From positions 2,368 to 64,481 of the forward strand of contig WVXO01000012.1 in NCBI GenBank assembly GCA_011773465.1: DNA of 62,114 bases. The letters are read 5' to 3'. Under the pieces are notes generated by a model that searched no databases, was not told the origin of the DNA, and was given only the letters and a program-made list of their open reading frames with translations. The position numbers and the translations under genes are program-made. The stretch comes from Candidatus Aminicenantes bacterium. Lineage in GTDB: Bacteria; Acidobacteriota; Aminicenantia; Aminicenantales; Aminicenantaceae. This document shows positions 28,852-38,356 of this stretch, in pieces (positions within the stretch are counted from its first letter, which is position 1; each line of letters opens with the position of its first letter).

Positions 28852-29025
28852 AGATAGGTTTGATAAATCAAATTCCTACATTACAAAAGGTGGGCTTGAT
28901 AAATCAAGCCCCTACACAAAATGAATTATGCTCCTACACAAGATAAATCAAGCCCCTACATAAAACGAATAAAGATCCTACATAAGATAAATCATGCCCT
29001 TGCACAAAATGAATCATGCCCTTGC
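28852..29025 (-). repeat. GTAG-type REP array F (full REP then tandem 22-bp half units, inverse orientation)
   Basis: Unit ends at 28915, 28937, 28959, 28981, 29003 and 29025 (exact 22-bp period). Confidence 0.85.
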
Positions 29026-29112
29026 AGAATTGGATATTCTCTGACTAATTACCCTGCTACGAAGGGATTATCGCCAAAATCTATTTTTCAAACAGCAAGG
29101 CTTATCTTTAGG

Positions 29113-29997
29113 TTAGGGAACTTGCCTGGCATTAGATCCATCCACCTTGATCCTCTCTTCCAAAATCGGGATAATCTCCGGCGAAAGGAGAAAGCCTTCG
29201 ATCTTCCGGGCCAAATTGTGCGCAGGAATGTCAGGCTTAAAAGGGGAAATAAGATCCTCGGCCAATCTCTTCTTCTGAATCTCAAACTCTGGATCATCTA
29301 GTCTTCTTGTCTCGTCATACACGGCTTGAATATGACTTTTCATCTCTTCTTCATCGATATCAACCCAAAGGGGAACATGAATTTTCATCGCTTCTAATGT
29401 TCTACTCAAAATTTCCTCTTTTCTTGTTTGGTACAAACGGGAAGGAATACGCCTGATCCTTTCTAAGCTTCTTATCTGGCCTTTGTAATTACTGGCTTGG
29501 CCTATACGCGCCTCTCCTTTAGGAGGAATGATGCAGGGGATAAACTCTTGAAGCTGAAAAATTTGATGGGATTCAAGTCCTTCTTCAATTTGTCTGGCTA
29601 AATCCCTTACACTTTCCTGCATCTCTAATCTTGCTTTCTTTATCTCTTTATCAAGACGGCGATAGTTCTGGACCACATCAGGAGGAATCTCTTTTCTCTC
29701 GCCAAGGTAACTCTTAATCTCTTTGAGAGACTCCTCCATCTTGTCCTGCTGGTAGAGGAGGGTAGCTATAAACCTTTCCCTCAATTTTTTGCTCTCTTCG
29801 GCACTTCTTAGAATCATTTCCATCTGCTCCTGCGTGAGATCTAAGCCGTTGATCAGGTTAAGCAACCTAATTTCCCTTTGCAGCTGCTCAGCTTTTTCTA
29901 ACTTTTCTGCAGGAAACTTCGTAGGGCCCCCAAAAAGACCTATATTCAAAAAGAAAACCATTACCAGCCAAGAAATCAAAATTTTTTCCTTTTCCAT
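29113..29997 (-). CDS. Secreted helical protein with a Spy/CpxP-like LTxxQ motif
   Basis: Signal peptide; LINGLDLTQEQMEMI; second LESHQ motif; all-helical composition. Confidence 0.55.
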   Translation of the reverse strand: MEKEKILISWLVMVFFLNIGLFGGPTKFPAEKLEKAEQLQREIRLLNLINGLDLTQEQMEMILRSAEESKKLRERFIATLLYQQDKMEESLKEIKSYLGERKEIPPDVVQNYRRLDKEIKKARLEMQESVRDLARQIEEGLESHQIFQLQEFIPCIIPPKGEARIGQASNYKGQIRSLERIRRIPSRLYQTRKEEILSRTLEAMKIHVPLWVDIDEEEMKSHIQAVYDETRRLDDPEFEIQKKRLAEDLISPFKPDIPAHNLARKIEGFLLSPEIIPILEERIKVDGSNARQVP

Positions 29998-30063
29998 GTC
30001 AACCTCCTAATAATTAGACAAAAAATAGAAAGAATTCTTTGTCTTAGTTCCCCTGAATAAAAT

Positions 30064-30669
30064 TTAGAAAGAAAGTCCTATTTCCCTGAGAATGGCTTCA
30101 AGGTCGGTTTGAGGCCCCATGTGGATAGCGTTTATTCCTAGTTTTTCGGCTGCTTCGATATTCTCTTCTCTATCATCGATAAAGACGCATTCCTTTGCCG
30201 GAAACCCAGCCCTCTCCAAAGCTTTTCTGAAGATTTGTGGATGGGGCTTCATAAATCCAACCTCGAAGGACAGGACATATTCATCAAAAATCAAGATTTC
30301 AGGAAATTTCTTTTTAATGAAGCCATAGCGCATAATATCTGTGTTGGAAAGCAAGACAAGCCTGTAATTTCTCTTCAACCTTTTCATGATTTGAAGCACA
30401 GGTGGATTAAGAGAAAAGACATCGTTATAGATAGAGAAGAAGGTATCGTAATCTATGCGGGCTTCTAGTTCTTGTATGACTCGTGTATGAAAATCCTGGG
30501 GAGTTATCTCTCCTTTATCGAAGAACTCAACAAGGTCAAAATGAGCAGAGGCCAATTCTCGAATCTCTTCTTTTGAATAGGGAGAATAATTTGCAATCTT
30601 TTCGAAGAAAATATTATTGTCGAAAAAAATAATCACCTTGCCCAGATCAGAAAACACACACCGAATCAT
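30064..30669 (-). CDS. HAD-superfamily phosphatase (YihX-like)
   Basis: SDLGKV, LLSNT, KPHPQIF, FIDD. Confidence 0.9.
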   Translation of the reverse strand: MIRCVFSDLGKVIIFFDNNIFFEKIANYSPYSKEEIRELASAHFDLVEFFDKGEITPQDFHTRVIQELEARIDYDTFFSIYNDVFSLNPPVLQIMKRLKRNYRLVLLSNTDIMRYGFIKKKFPEILIFDEYVLSFEVGFMKPHPQIFRKALERAGFPAKECVFIDDREENIEAAEKLGINAIHMGPQTDLEAILREIGLSF

Positions 30670-30784
30670 AGAATCACATCTTCCTCAAAGATGGGAGAGA
30701 GATTTTATAACAGAAACAAGGAAGGGAAGCAATATTTTGTGTCTGGGCTAGTTTATATGTGGGATTCCTTGAAGAGGCCTTGCC

Positions 30785-32050
30785 TCAATCTCCGGCCTGG
30801 GCAAGTTTTGTGGGAAGTTCAATTCCTGCTTTCTCTCTCTTATCAGCAAATTTCAGCAATAGAGAAAAGACAAGCCCAACAAAGCCCAAGCAAGCAAACA
30901 TGATCATCGTATTCGTGAATTCTCCTCCCGAAAGATCCCTTATTTTTCCCGCAAACCAGGGGAAAATCGTTAATCCGATATTCTGGATGCAGGTCATCAT
31001 GCCAAAAGCTGTACCCAGTCGCCTCTCCTCTACCATGATAGGTATCACAGGCCAGAGAGCCGCTGGGACCAAAGAGAAGGATATCCCTATCATGATCATG
31101 GGAATAACAGGATGAATATAGGTAAGCCCCAGCATTGAATGAGCGGGGACAAGCAATAGAGAGCCAAAAATCATCATGATTCCCCTTTTGCCGATTTTAT
31201 CCACGAGAAGTCCCAAAAGAGGCGTGAAAATCATGGAGGCTGTAAAAATCATAGACGTGTAACGGCCCCCCAGAACAGCACTAAACCCGAATTTCGTCTG
31301 GAGTAATAAGGTTGAAAAAGCTGTAAAAGGGAAAATTGCAGAGTAAAAGGTCATGCAAAGCAGGCAAACAAACCAGTAAGAAGTCCTAAATCTATAAATA
31401 TCTTGAAAAGAGAATTTTTCTGCTTCACTCTCTTTTTTCTCTTTCTTAAAATACTTTTCTTTGGACTTATCTATGCCTGAATAAACCAAGAAGAGAGTGA
31501 AGCTTACAAACATGATCACTGCCGATACCCAGATTGCCATTCGCCAGGAGCCGCTCCATTCTTGAATGTTAGCTGCAGAATTAAAGGCAGCAATAGTGCC
31601 AAGCCTGGCAATGGTTATGAGCATCCCAAAAGCAAAAGCAAGTTCTTTTCCTTTAAACCATCTGGAGAGAATTTTATCCATGGTTATGATGAGAGATTCT
31701 GAACCCAGGCCATATATAAATCTTCCTAGAAGCATTATCAAGAAAGTGGAGCCTGATGCTGTTATAATTACTCCGATAGCACAAAGAGCCGCAAATATTG
31801 TACCTGCTTTTCTGATACCGATTATGTCCAGAAAAATGCCTCCCAGAAGGACCATGATTATATTGGGAAGTGAATATACGCTGAAGAATAGCCCGAACTC
31901 TGCACTACTTATTCCCATTCCTTTTATGATAAAATCTGCAACAGGGCTTACCGCATCATAGGCATAATAGGAGCCAAAAATCACTAAACCCATCAACACC
32001 AGGATGAGCCATCTTAGTTTGAGGACCGTTTCTTTTGTCTTCTCGGCCAT
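30785..32050 (-). CDS. MFS transporter (MFSD1-like)
   Basis: About 12 TM segments; GSYYAYD, GIFLDIIGIRK, GRFIYGLGSE, WFKGKELAFAFG. Start at 32050 after an AGGAG RBS (ORF track 32095). Confidence 0.9.
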   Translation of the reverse strand: MAEKTKETVLKLRWLILVLMGLVIFGSYYAYDAVSPVADFIIKGMGISSAEFGLFFSVYSLPNIIMVLLGGIFLDIIGIRKAGTIFAALCAIGVIITASGSTFLIMLLGRFIYGLGSESLIITMDKILSRWFKGKELAFAFGMLITIARLGTIAAFNSAANIQEWSGSWRMAIWVSAVIMFVSFTLFLVYSGIDKSKEKYFKKEKKESEAEKFSFQDIYRFRTSYWFVCLLCMTFYSAIFPFTAFSTLLLQTKFGFSAVLGGRYTSMIFTASMIFTPLLGLLVDKIGKRGIMMIFGSLLLVPAHSMLGLTYIHPVIPMIMIGISFSLVPAALWPVIPIMVEERRLGTAFGMMTCIQNIGLTIFPWFAGKIRDLSGGEFTNTMIMFACLGFVGLVFSLLLKFADKREKAGIELPTKLAQAGD

Positions 32051-32240
32051 CGTCTCTCCTTTTTTCCCTTTGAGAATCCTCAAGATGAATCTCAAAGGGC
32101 TTTTATGAATTTCAAAGGCGTTCGATTTGTCAAAAGTGAATCAATAAATTTTCCCTCGAATGCCTTAGAAAAATATGATAATAAAAAGAAGGTGTCAAGA
32201 TTTTTTTCTTTAATTATCAGAATATGAATCTAGACAGACC

Positions 32241-32588
32241 ATGAAGATTTGCCCTTACTGCAACAGTTCAATTCCAGAAAAGGAAGAAAAATGCCCTTCC
32301 TGTGGCGCAGCCTACTGGGAACCAGAACAGGATAAATTAGAAAAGACAGTTGAAACGCAAGAAAGCGAAGAAGGGCGGGGCTGTCTTTCTCTTTTTCTCG
32401 TGCCTCTTTTTCTCGCGATTGGAGTAGCCGCCCTTTTAATCGCAGCTGGATTTGCCGTTAACCTTGTGGTCCATTTTGAAAGCAACCAAGTTAAAATCAT
32501 TTGGATTGGTTCTTCTCTCCTTGCGGGAATTGCCATATATCTTTTGCTTTCAAAAATCAAAAAGCAAAGGGAGAGGAAGAGTACATAG
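32241..32588 (+). CDS. Zinc-ribbon membrane protein
   Basis: CPYC-x9-CPSCG followed by two TM helices. Confidence 0.7.
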   Translation: MKICPYCNSSIPEKEEKCPSCGAAYWEPEQDKLEKTVETQESEEGRGCLSLFLVPLFLAIGVAALLIAAGFAVNLVVHFESNQVKIIWIGSSLLAGIAIYLLLSKIKKQRERKST

Positions 32589-32792
32589 CTGAGCAAAGGA
32601 TAGAGGCAATAAAATGGATAGATGTGAACAATGGAAAGACATGAGTTGGGGACAGATATAAGTAGCAAGCAGCAAGAAAGAAATGGACTATCGTTTTAAA
32701 TTGGGCTATCGTTTCAAAATGAACCTGGTTTGACCTCTCTACAAAAGATCTATTCTAATGAAAAAATTTATTGAAGGAAGGAGAAAAAATCC

Positions 32793-34493
32793 ATGGAAAC
32801 TTTAAGAAAAAAGAAAGGGTCCTCCGCGGTCTTGGTTTTTATCGCCATAGCTTCTGTTTTTCTTCTGATTATAGTTGGAGCCTTTGTTCTGTACCATATC
32901 AAAGGAAAGAGAATAACAACGAAAGATATCGCTGCAAGTGAAAAGGTGATCGGGCTCGAATTCACCTCCAAAGAAAGAAAATTGATGCTGGATGACGTAA
33001 GGAGAAATCTTTCGACGTACGAGGAGCTGAGAAAGATTTCCCTCCAAAACAGCGTCCCTCCAGCCCTTCTCTTTAATCCTGTCATACCTGGGATGCATTT
33101 AGATAAAGACCGGAAGCCTTCAAAAATACCAGAGGCGTCAGGCGTTCAAGTGCCTTCGAATTTTGAAGATTTAGCCTTTTATTCGGTAACAGAACTAGCA
33201 CAGCTGATCAAATCGCGGAAGATAACTTCCACCGAGCTTACAAAGCTTTATCTCGAACGCCTTAAGAAATTTGGCCCCCGCTTGGAATGTGTTATCACCT
33301 TGACTGAAGAATTGGCTTTAGCTCAGGCAAAGCAGGCTGACGAGGAGATAGCTTCAGGCCGCTACAGAGGACCTCTTCACGGCATCCCCTGGGGAGCAAA
33401 AGACCTACTATCTACAAAGGGAATAAAGACAACCTGGGGAGCCATGCCTTACAAAGACCAAATCATAGATGTGGATGCCACTGTGGTTAAGCGACTTGAA
33501 GAAGCAGGAGCAGTGCTTGTGGCCAAACTTACGATGGGGGCCTTGGCTTGGGGAGATGTCTGGTTTGACGGAAAAACAAAAAATCCCTGGAATCCAGAAC
33601 AAGGTTCGAGCGGCTCGTCTGCTGGTTCGGCCGCTGCAACGGCTGCTGGCCTTGTTGGATTCTCCATCGGTACGGAAACCTGGGGTTCGATTGTCTCCCC
33701 TTCTACAAGATGCGGTGTAACCGGACTGCGCCCGACTTTCGGCCGCGTGAGCCGCTACGGGGCCATGGCTTTAAGCTGGAGCATGGACAAGATCGGCCCC
33801 ATCTGTCGCTCTGTTGAAGATTGTTCTCTGGTTTTCAATGCGATATACGGCCCCGATGGAAAAGACTTTACCGTGGTCAACCTCCCCTTTAACTGGGATC
33901 CGTCGCTTGATCTCAAGGATATCCGTATAGGCTACCTGAAAAAGGTCTTTGAAAGAAAATACAGAAACCAGAAAAACGACGAAGCTTCGCTCGAAGCCGT
34001 GCGTTCTCTAGGAGTGGAACTTGTACCTTTTGATCTTCCTGAACTTCCGGTTAACGCCCTTTCTTTTATCCTGAATGCAGAGGCCGCAGCAGCCTTCGAT
34101 GAGCTCACAAGAAGTAACAGGGATGATTTGATGGTTAGACAGATAAAGCAAGCCTGGCCCAACACCTTCCGGCAGGCAAGACTCATTCCGGCAGTGGAAT
34201 ATATCCAGGCTAACCGCGTCAGGACTCTCCTCATGGAGGAGATGGCCGAGAAGATGAAAGGAATAGATGTATATATCGCTCCCTCCTTCGGAGGGAACAA
34301 CCTCCTTTTAACAAATCTCACCGGACATCCTGCAGTCGTTGTACCCAACGGATTTGGTGAGAAGGGAAGTCCGACTTCTATTTCTTTTATCGGGAATCTC
34401 TTTGAAGAGGCCAAAACTCTAAGGGTAGCCAAAGCCTTCCAAGATGTAACGGGCTTTCACCGCAAACATCCTGACCTCGAAAAGAATTTCTAA
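32793..34493 (+). CDS. Amidase (amidase-signature family), membrane-anchored
   Basis: GPLHGIPWGAKDL, GSSGSSAGS, GTETWGSIVSPS, GLRPTFGRVSR. Confidence 0.93.
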   Translation: METLRKKKGSSAVLVFIAIASVFLLIIVGAFVLYHIKGKRITTKDIAASEKVIGLEFTSKERKLMLDDVRRNLSTYEELRKISLQNSVPPALLFNPVIPGMHLDKDRKPSKIPEASGVQVPSNFEDLAFYSVTELAQLIKSRKITSTELTKLYLERLKKFGPRLECVITLTEELALAQAKQADEEIASGRYRGPLHGIPWGAKDLLSTKGIKTTWGAMPYKDQIIDVDATVVKRLEEAGAVLVAKLTMGALAWGDVWFDGKTKNPWNPEQGSSGSSAGSAAATAAGLVGFSIGTETWGSIVSPSTRCGVTGLRPTFGRVSRYGAMALSWSMDKIGPICRSVEDCSLVFNAIYGPDGKDFTVVNLPFNWDPSLDLKDIRIGYLKKVFERKYRNQKNDEASLEAVRSLGVELVPFDLPELPVNALSFILNAEAAAAFDELTRSNRDDLMVRQIKQAWPNTFRQARLIPAVEYIQANRVRTLLMEEMAEKMKGIDVYIAPSFGGNNLLLTNLTGHPAVVVPNGFGEKGSPTSISFIGNLFEEAKTLRVAKAFQDVTGFHRKHPDLEKNF

Positions 34494-34525
34494 ATGATTT
34501 TAATTCGAGTGTATAATAATATTAT

Positions 34526-35326
34526 TCAGAAAAGGCCATTAAAAAGAACATCGGCATGGAAGAGCTCTCGAGTCCTTCGCCTGACTCTCCACTCTACTGT
34601 ATCTTTTACAGTGAAATAAAACCAGAGCTTATCAAAAAATCTTAACTTTTTTATGTAATACTGAGAAAAATCTGTGAAGTTATCGACAATGATACTTCCG
34701 ACTTCATTGTCTTTCTCGTCAAGAACAATAATCCTGAAGATTTCTTTCTCCTCCTCCCCTTCTGTTACTGTTTCTGTCTCCAGCTTTCCATATATCTTTG
34801 CTTTTTCTATTCCTTCCCATCCCTCTTTTTTATCGAAGGAAAGGGTTTTTATGACATGAAATTCATTTCTTGCTTCTAGGTCCAAGTAATCATCCATTAC
34901 GAATTCTTCTGTTCTAATAAAAATGCTCATCCAATTTCTCCCTGACTCTTTAACTTCGATATCATTCGCTATTAAAATGGACGGCCTTTCAGGGGAAAAC
35001 GCTCCTTTGCCTCTTACCTCTTTGCCGACAAGTGTACTAGCATCACCTGACTCTAGGGGTCCTTGAACAATGATGTCAAATCCACTGGCTTCGGGAATAA
35101 AAAGATACCTTCCAACACCGACATTGACAACACCTTCAAACTCAATAATGCCTTCTTTAGCCACCAAGCCCTCTTCCCCCAAAGCCATCTTTTCTCCTGC
35201 TTTTTTCTTGCAGGAAATACTTCCTCCAATCACCAATAAAAGCGCTAATAAGCTAAGACTAAGAGTCCGGACGATCATCTCCTGCTTACTTTTTCCTTCA
35301 GTTGATACCGATATCCTAATAGCCAT
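34526..35326 (-). CDS. Hypothetical lipoprotein
   Basis: GGAGGT RBS; hydrophobic stretch ending SISC-KKK; OB-fold-like beta-rich body. Confidence 0.6.
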   Translation of the reverse strand: MAIRISVSTEGKSKQEMIVRTLSLSLLALLLVIGGSISCKKKAGEKMALGEEGLVAKEGIIEFEGVVNVGVGRYLFIPEASGFDIIVQGPLESGDASTLVGKEVRGKGAFSPERPSILIANDIEVKESGRNWMSIFIRTEEFVMDDYLDLEARNEFHVIKTLSFDKKEGWEGIEKAKIYGKLETETVTEGEEEKEIFRIIVLDEKDNEVGSIIVDNFTDFSQYYIKKLRFFDKLWFYFTVKDTVEWRVRRRTRELFHADVLFNGLF

Positions 35327-35536
35327 AACTCATACCTCCAAATCTTTAATCATTCTCCAAAATGGTAATTAATCGGGAGCGAAAAATCTCCTCTTTATTA
35401 AATAAAAAAATCCTTTCTCTGGATTTAATTTATCGTATTTTATACCACTGAAAAAGACAAAAGTAAAGAAGAAAATTCAATATGTAAAAGGGGACAGGCT
35501 ACTCCACGAGAGCCACATCTTCAATAACTATCGCTC

Positions 35537-36061
35537 TTAAAAATTCCAGTCTCTTCTCCAAAAACGGTGAAATCTTTGCCGGAAAAAACCACGCCTGAAA
35601 AATCCTTTCCGTCCCATGAATCTGTCTCTCCTCCAACCTATTCGCTTCTTATACTTTTCCAGCTTTTCCCACTGTTCGGGAGTCAGCATCTTTTTTATTT
35701 CTTTTCTGTGCTGGATAGACTTTTTAAAACGATCCGATCGAAATTTCGCTTGCTTGTCATAAATTTCCAGGATTTTTTTCTCGTTGGCTTCTGGATCGCG
35801 CATCAACTCTCTGAGCTCTTTCCGAACTGCCCGCATGTTCTTCATTGACTCTTTTCTCTCCTCCTGCCGCTTCTTTCTGAACTCCTCCAATTTCGATTTC
35901 TGATCAGGAGTCAAATCGAGAAATTCCTCCCAGGTAGAAGGAAAATCCCGGGATACTTCCTTTTCGGGTTTCTTCGCTTCTTGACTATGGGCGCTTGGAG
36001 GGAAAATAGCAAAACTTAAGAAAAAAAGAATCAAGGTCATAAACAGGACATGTCTTTTCAT
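35537..36061 (-). CDS. Spy/CpxP-family periplasmic chaperone
   Basis: Signal peptide from MKRHV (36061, AAGGAGG RBS); LDLTPDQ and MLTPEQ motifs. Confidence 0.85.
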   Translation of the reverse strand: MKRHVLFMTLILFFLSFAIFPPSAHSQEAKKPEKEVSRDFPSTWEEFLDLTPDQKSKLEEFRKKRQEERKESMKNMRAVRKELRELMRDPEANEKKILEIYDKQAKFRSDRFKKSIQHRKEIKKMLTPEQWEKLEKYKKRIGWRRDRFMGRKGFFRRGFFRQRFHRFWRRDWNF

Positions 36062-36144
36062 TTTAAACCTCCTTAATGTTTTCTCAGATTTTTTAGACAA
36101 CAAGAAAACTAAATCCTTGGCTAGCATGGAGGTATAATTAATCT

Positions 36145-36331
36145 GTATGGATTTGATTTATCGAACCCCATCTTTTGATCATGCAAATGCAGAGGCCTGA
36201 TGAATCAACCCTTTATCGTATATATAAGGTGGGCTTGATAAATCAAGCCCCTACGAACAATAAGAAAGTGGGATTGATTTAACAAGCCCCTGCGAGCAAT
36301 AAGAAGGAGTGATTGATTTATCAAACCCGCC
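36145..36331. repeat. GTAG-type REP array G (mixed orientation, partly degenerate)
   Basis: AAGGTGGGCTTGATAAATCAAGCCCCTAC at 36226-36254 plus degenerate copies. Confidence 0.8.
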
Positions 36332-36410
36332 CTTTTGACTTGATAGACAGGTAGGGACACAAGAGATTGAAAATTTAATAAGATTAAGAGTTAATAAAGA
36401 TCTTAAAATC

Positions 36411-36431
36411 CAGCCTCTAAGCTGGAGGCTG
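36411..36431 (-). terminator. Candidate intrinsic terminator after the fadL-small gene unit
   Basis: CAGCCTC-N7-GAGGCTG hairpin with short A/T tracts on both sides. Confidence 0.4.
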
Positions 36432-36529
36432 TAAAAAGCTACTTCTTCCTCAGCTCTTGACCTCCCCTCATTTTTGTGAGGCTCTACTACTTGATTTTCA
36501 GGAGCCTTAAATCAAATCAGGAGAAAATA

Positions 36530-36727
36530 TTATTTCTTTTTCAGGATGGGCATGCCCGTTCTTTCAGTTTCAATAACTTTGTATCCATCAGGAACTGCAT
36601 CTAATGATCCACTCCTCACATCACGGGCAAAAAAGTAGATTCTCTGTACACGACCCCCTTTTAGGTTAACATCCTTAAAATGGAGATAATACTTTACCCC
36701 TTTTGAGTTGGTGAATTCATATGCCAT
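36530..36727 (-). CDS. Small hypothetical protein (65 aa)
   Basis: GGAGGT RBS, ATG; MAYEFTNSKGVKYYLH...GGRVQRIYFFAR...ERTGMPILKK; 30 bp downstream of the fadL-like gene. Confidence 0.8.
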   Translation of the reverse strand: MAYEFTNSKGVKYYLHFKDVNLKGGRVQRIYFFARDVRSGSLDAVPDGYKVIETERTGMPILKKK

Positions 36728-36757
36728 TTACTTTACCTCCAATTTTAATATTATTGA

Positions 36758-38038
36758 CTAAAAAATAAAGCCGATGCTTACTCCGATAAGATGGGCAGTT
36801 GTTGAATATGTGCCCAGCCCAAGATTATCTCTAGTCACGGGATGAAGCACGAGACCCCTATTTTCGCTTTCCCTATCCTTGAAAGGCTCATATTGATAGG
36901 CAACATCGATGACAAAGTTACCGCTTTTATAACCAAATCCTCCTGTAAAGGCCAACCGATTTGCATCAGGAAGGATGGGATCCATATATTCAACAGGCTG
37001 GGGCGTTTTATCATAAAGAACTCCGGCCCTCAAAGCAAAATTTTCATTAACCATGTATTGAAAGCCCCCCCGAATGACATAAGAATCCTTCCAATTTTCC
37101 TCGAATGTTTCAGTTTCATCTGGAATAGGTTCAGGATTATCAACTTCGATAACAAATTCTTTGAAGCTGCTCCAGAGGATATAATGAAAATCAGCAGTAA
37201 CAATCAAGCTTTCGGTCAAATTAAAAGCTGCTCCAAATCCGAGTATATGCGGTATATGGAAAGTAGTAGCAACATCTGCTTCAGTGGGTACAAATGGCTG
37301 TAGTGGTAGGGGAATATCTGAATTATCGAGCATCAGGTCTCCTTCAAGATCAAGATCGAATCCTCCGCGCCAGTTGAATCCCAGGGAAAAATTCTCTCCC
37401 CTATAGAGAGCTCCCGCATTCAAGCCAAATGCATCGCCATTCCCTTCTACAGTAATAGGCGCTTCATAGAAAGTACCACTAAGTGGGGGAAGTTCGAGTA
37501 AATTAACACGTTCAAAGGTTAAAGTCGAATAGATGTAAGTAACACCAACTGCTACAGAGAAATTATCGGTGAGCTTGACGGCAACAACAGGATTGAAGAA
37601 AAACGTCTTCATGTCAGCTTCTGTGGAAATATACTTTAGTGCCCACTCTTCAGGCCATTTTGTCCCCAGGCCGTAAGGACTAAAAAAGCCGAAGCCAGCC
37701 GCAATTCTATCATTTATCTTATGGGAAATGTGAAAATTTGAAGGGTAGAACCATTGACTTACCGTTTCTACAGTTGTGGCTAGGTTTGTTAGCTCCAAAG
37801 AGGTGTTGGATGTGATCAAGGTTGTCCCCAGAGAAATCTGGGTTCCATCCAAAAAGGCTATGCCAGCGGGGTTGTGGAAAACGGCTGAAGGGTTGTTGGC
37901 GAGAGCAACAAATGCACCACCCATGGCCATCGCTGCAGCACCGTGCTCATAGATCAGAAAACCTGCACCATGAGATAAAGAACTAAAACCAAAAAACACT
38001 AAAGAAAATATTGCTATTGCAGTGATGTATTTTCTCAT
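36758..38038 (-). CDS. fadL: OmpP1/FadL-family outer-membrane long-chain fatty acid/hydrophobic compound channel
   Basis: GAGFLIYEHGAAAMAMGGA, NPSAVFHNPAG, PYGLGTKW, LPDANR, terminal Phe. Start at 38038 after GGAGG. Confidence 0.9.
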   Translation of the reverse strand: MRKYITAIAIFSLVFFGFSSLSHGAGFLIYEHGAAAMAMGGAFVALANNPSAVFHNPAGIAFLDGTQISLGTTLITSNTSLELTNLATTVETVSQWFYPSNFHISHKINDRIAAGFGFFSPYGLGTKWPEEWALKYISTEADMKTFFFNPVVAVKLTDNFSVAVGVTYIYSTLTFERVNLLELPPLSGTFYEAPITVEGNGDAFGLNAGALYRGENFSLGFNWRGGFDLDLEGDLMLDNSDIPLPLQPFVPTEADVATTFHIPHILGFGAAFNLTESLIVTADFHYILWSSFKEFVIEVDNPEPIPDETETFEENWKDSYVIRGGFQYMVNENFALRAGVLYDKTPQPVEYMDPILPDANRLAFTGGFGYKSGNFVIDVAYQYEPFKDRESENRGLVLHPVTRDNLGLGTYSTTAHLIGVSIGFIF

Positions 38039-38356
38039 TAGAACCTCCAAAAAGATGTATTAAAAACTCCTGCTAAGAGTGCTTTAATATTAGTAACTTT
38101 CTCCAAGTCCTCAGCCTTGTCCAAGTATTTATAAAAAACAGGCTATAATGTCAAGATAAAATTTGAAAAAAAATTTAAAATTTTCAATTTTTTCTTTACA
38201 TTTATTTTATTTCTTGTATAATGATAGTGGTTCTTTTTTGCGGGCTGGAGAGAACCCCCGCCTTTTGGTTCCCATCATCAACCCCCCTTTTGCTGACAAC
38301 AGCCCGCACTCCTTCTCTATAAAAATAGTATGGCTGACTTGCGAAACGAAATTTTT

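Noticed and set aside
28921-29301. 126-aa + strand ORF
   Set aside because: Begins inside the 22-bp REP tandem array and overlaps the 3' end of a real minus-strand gene.
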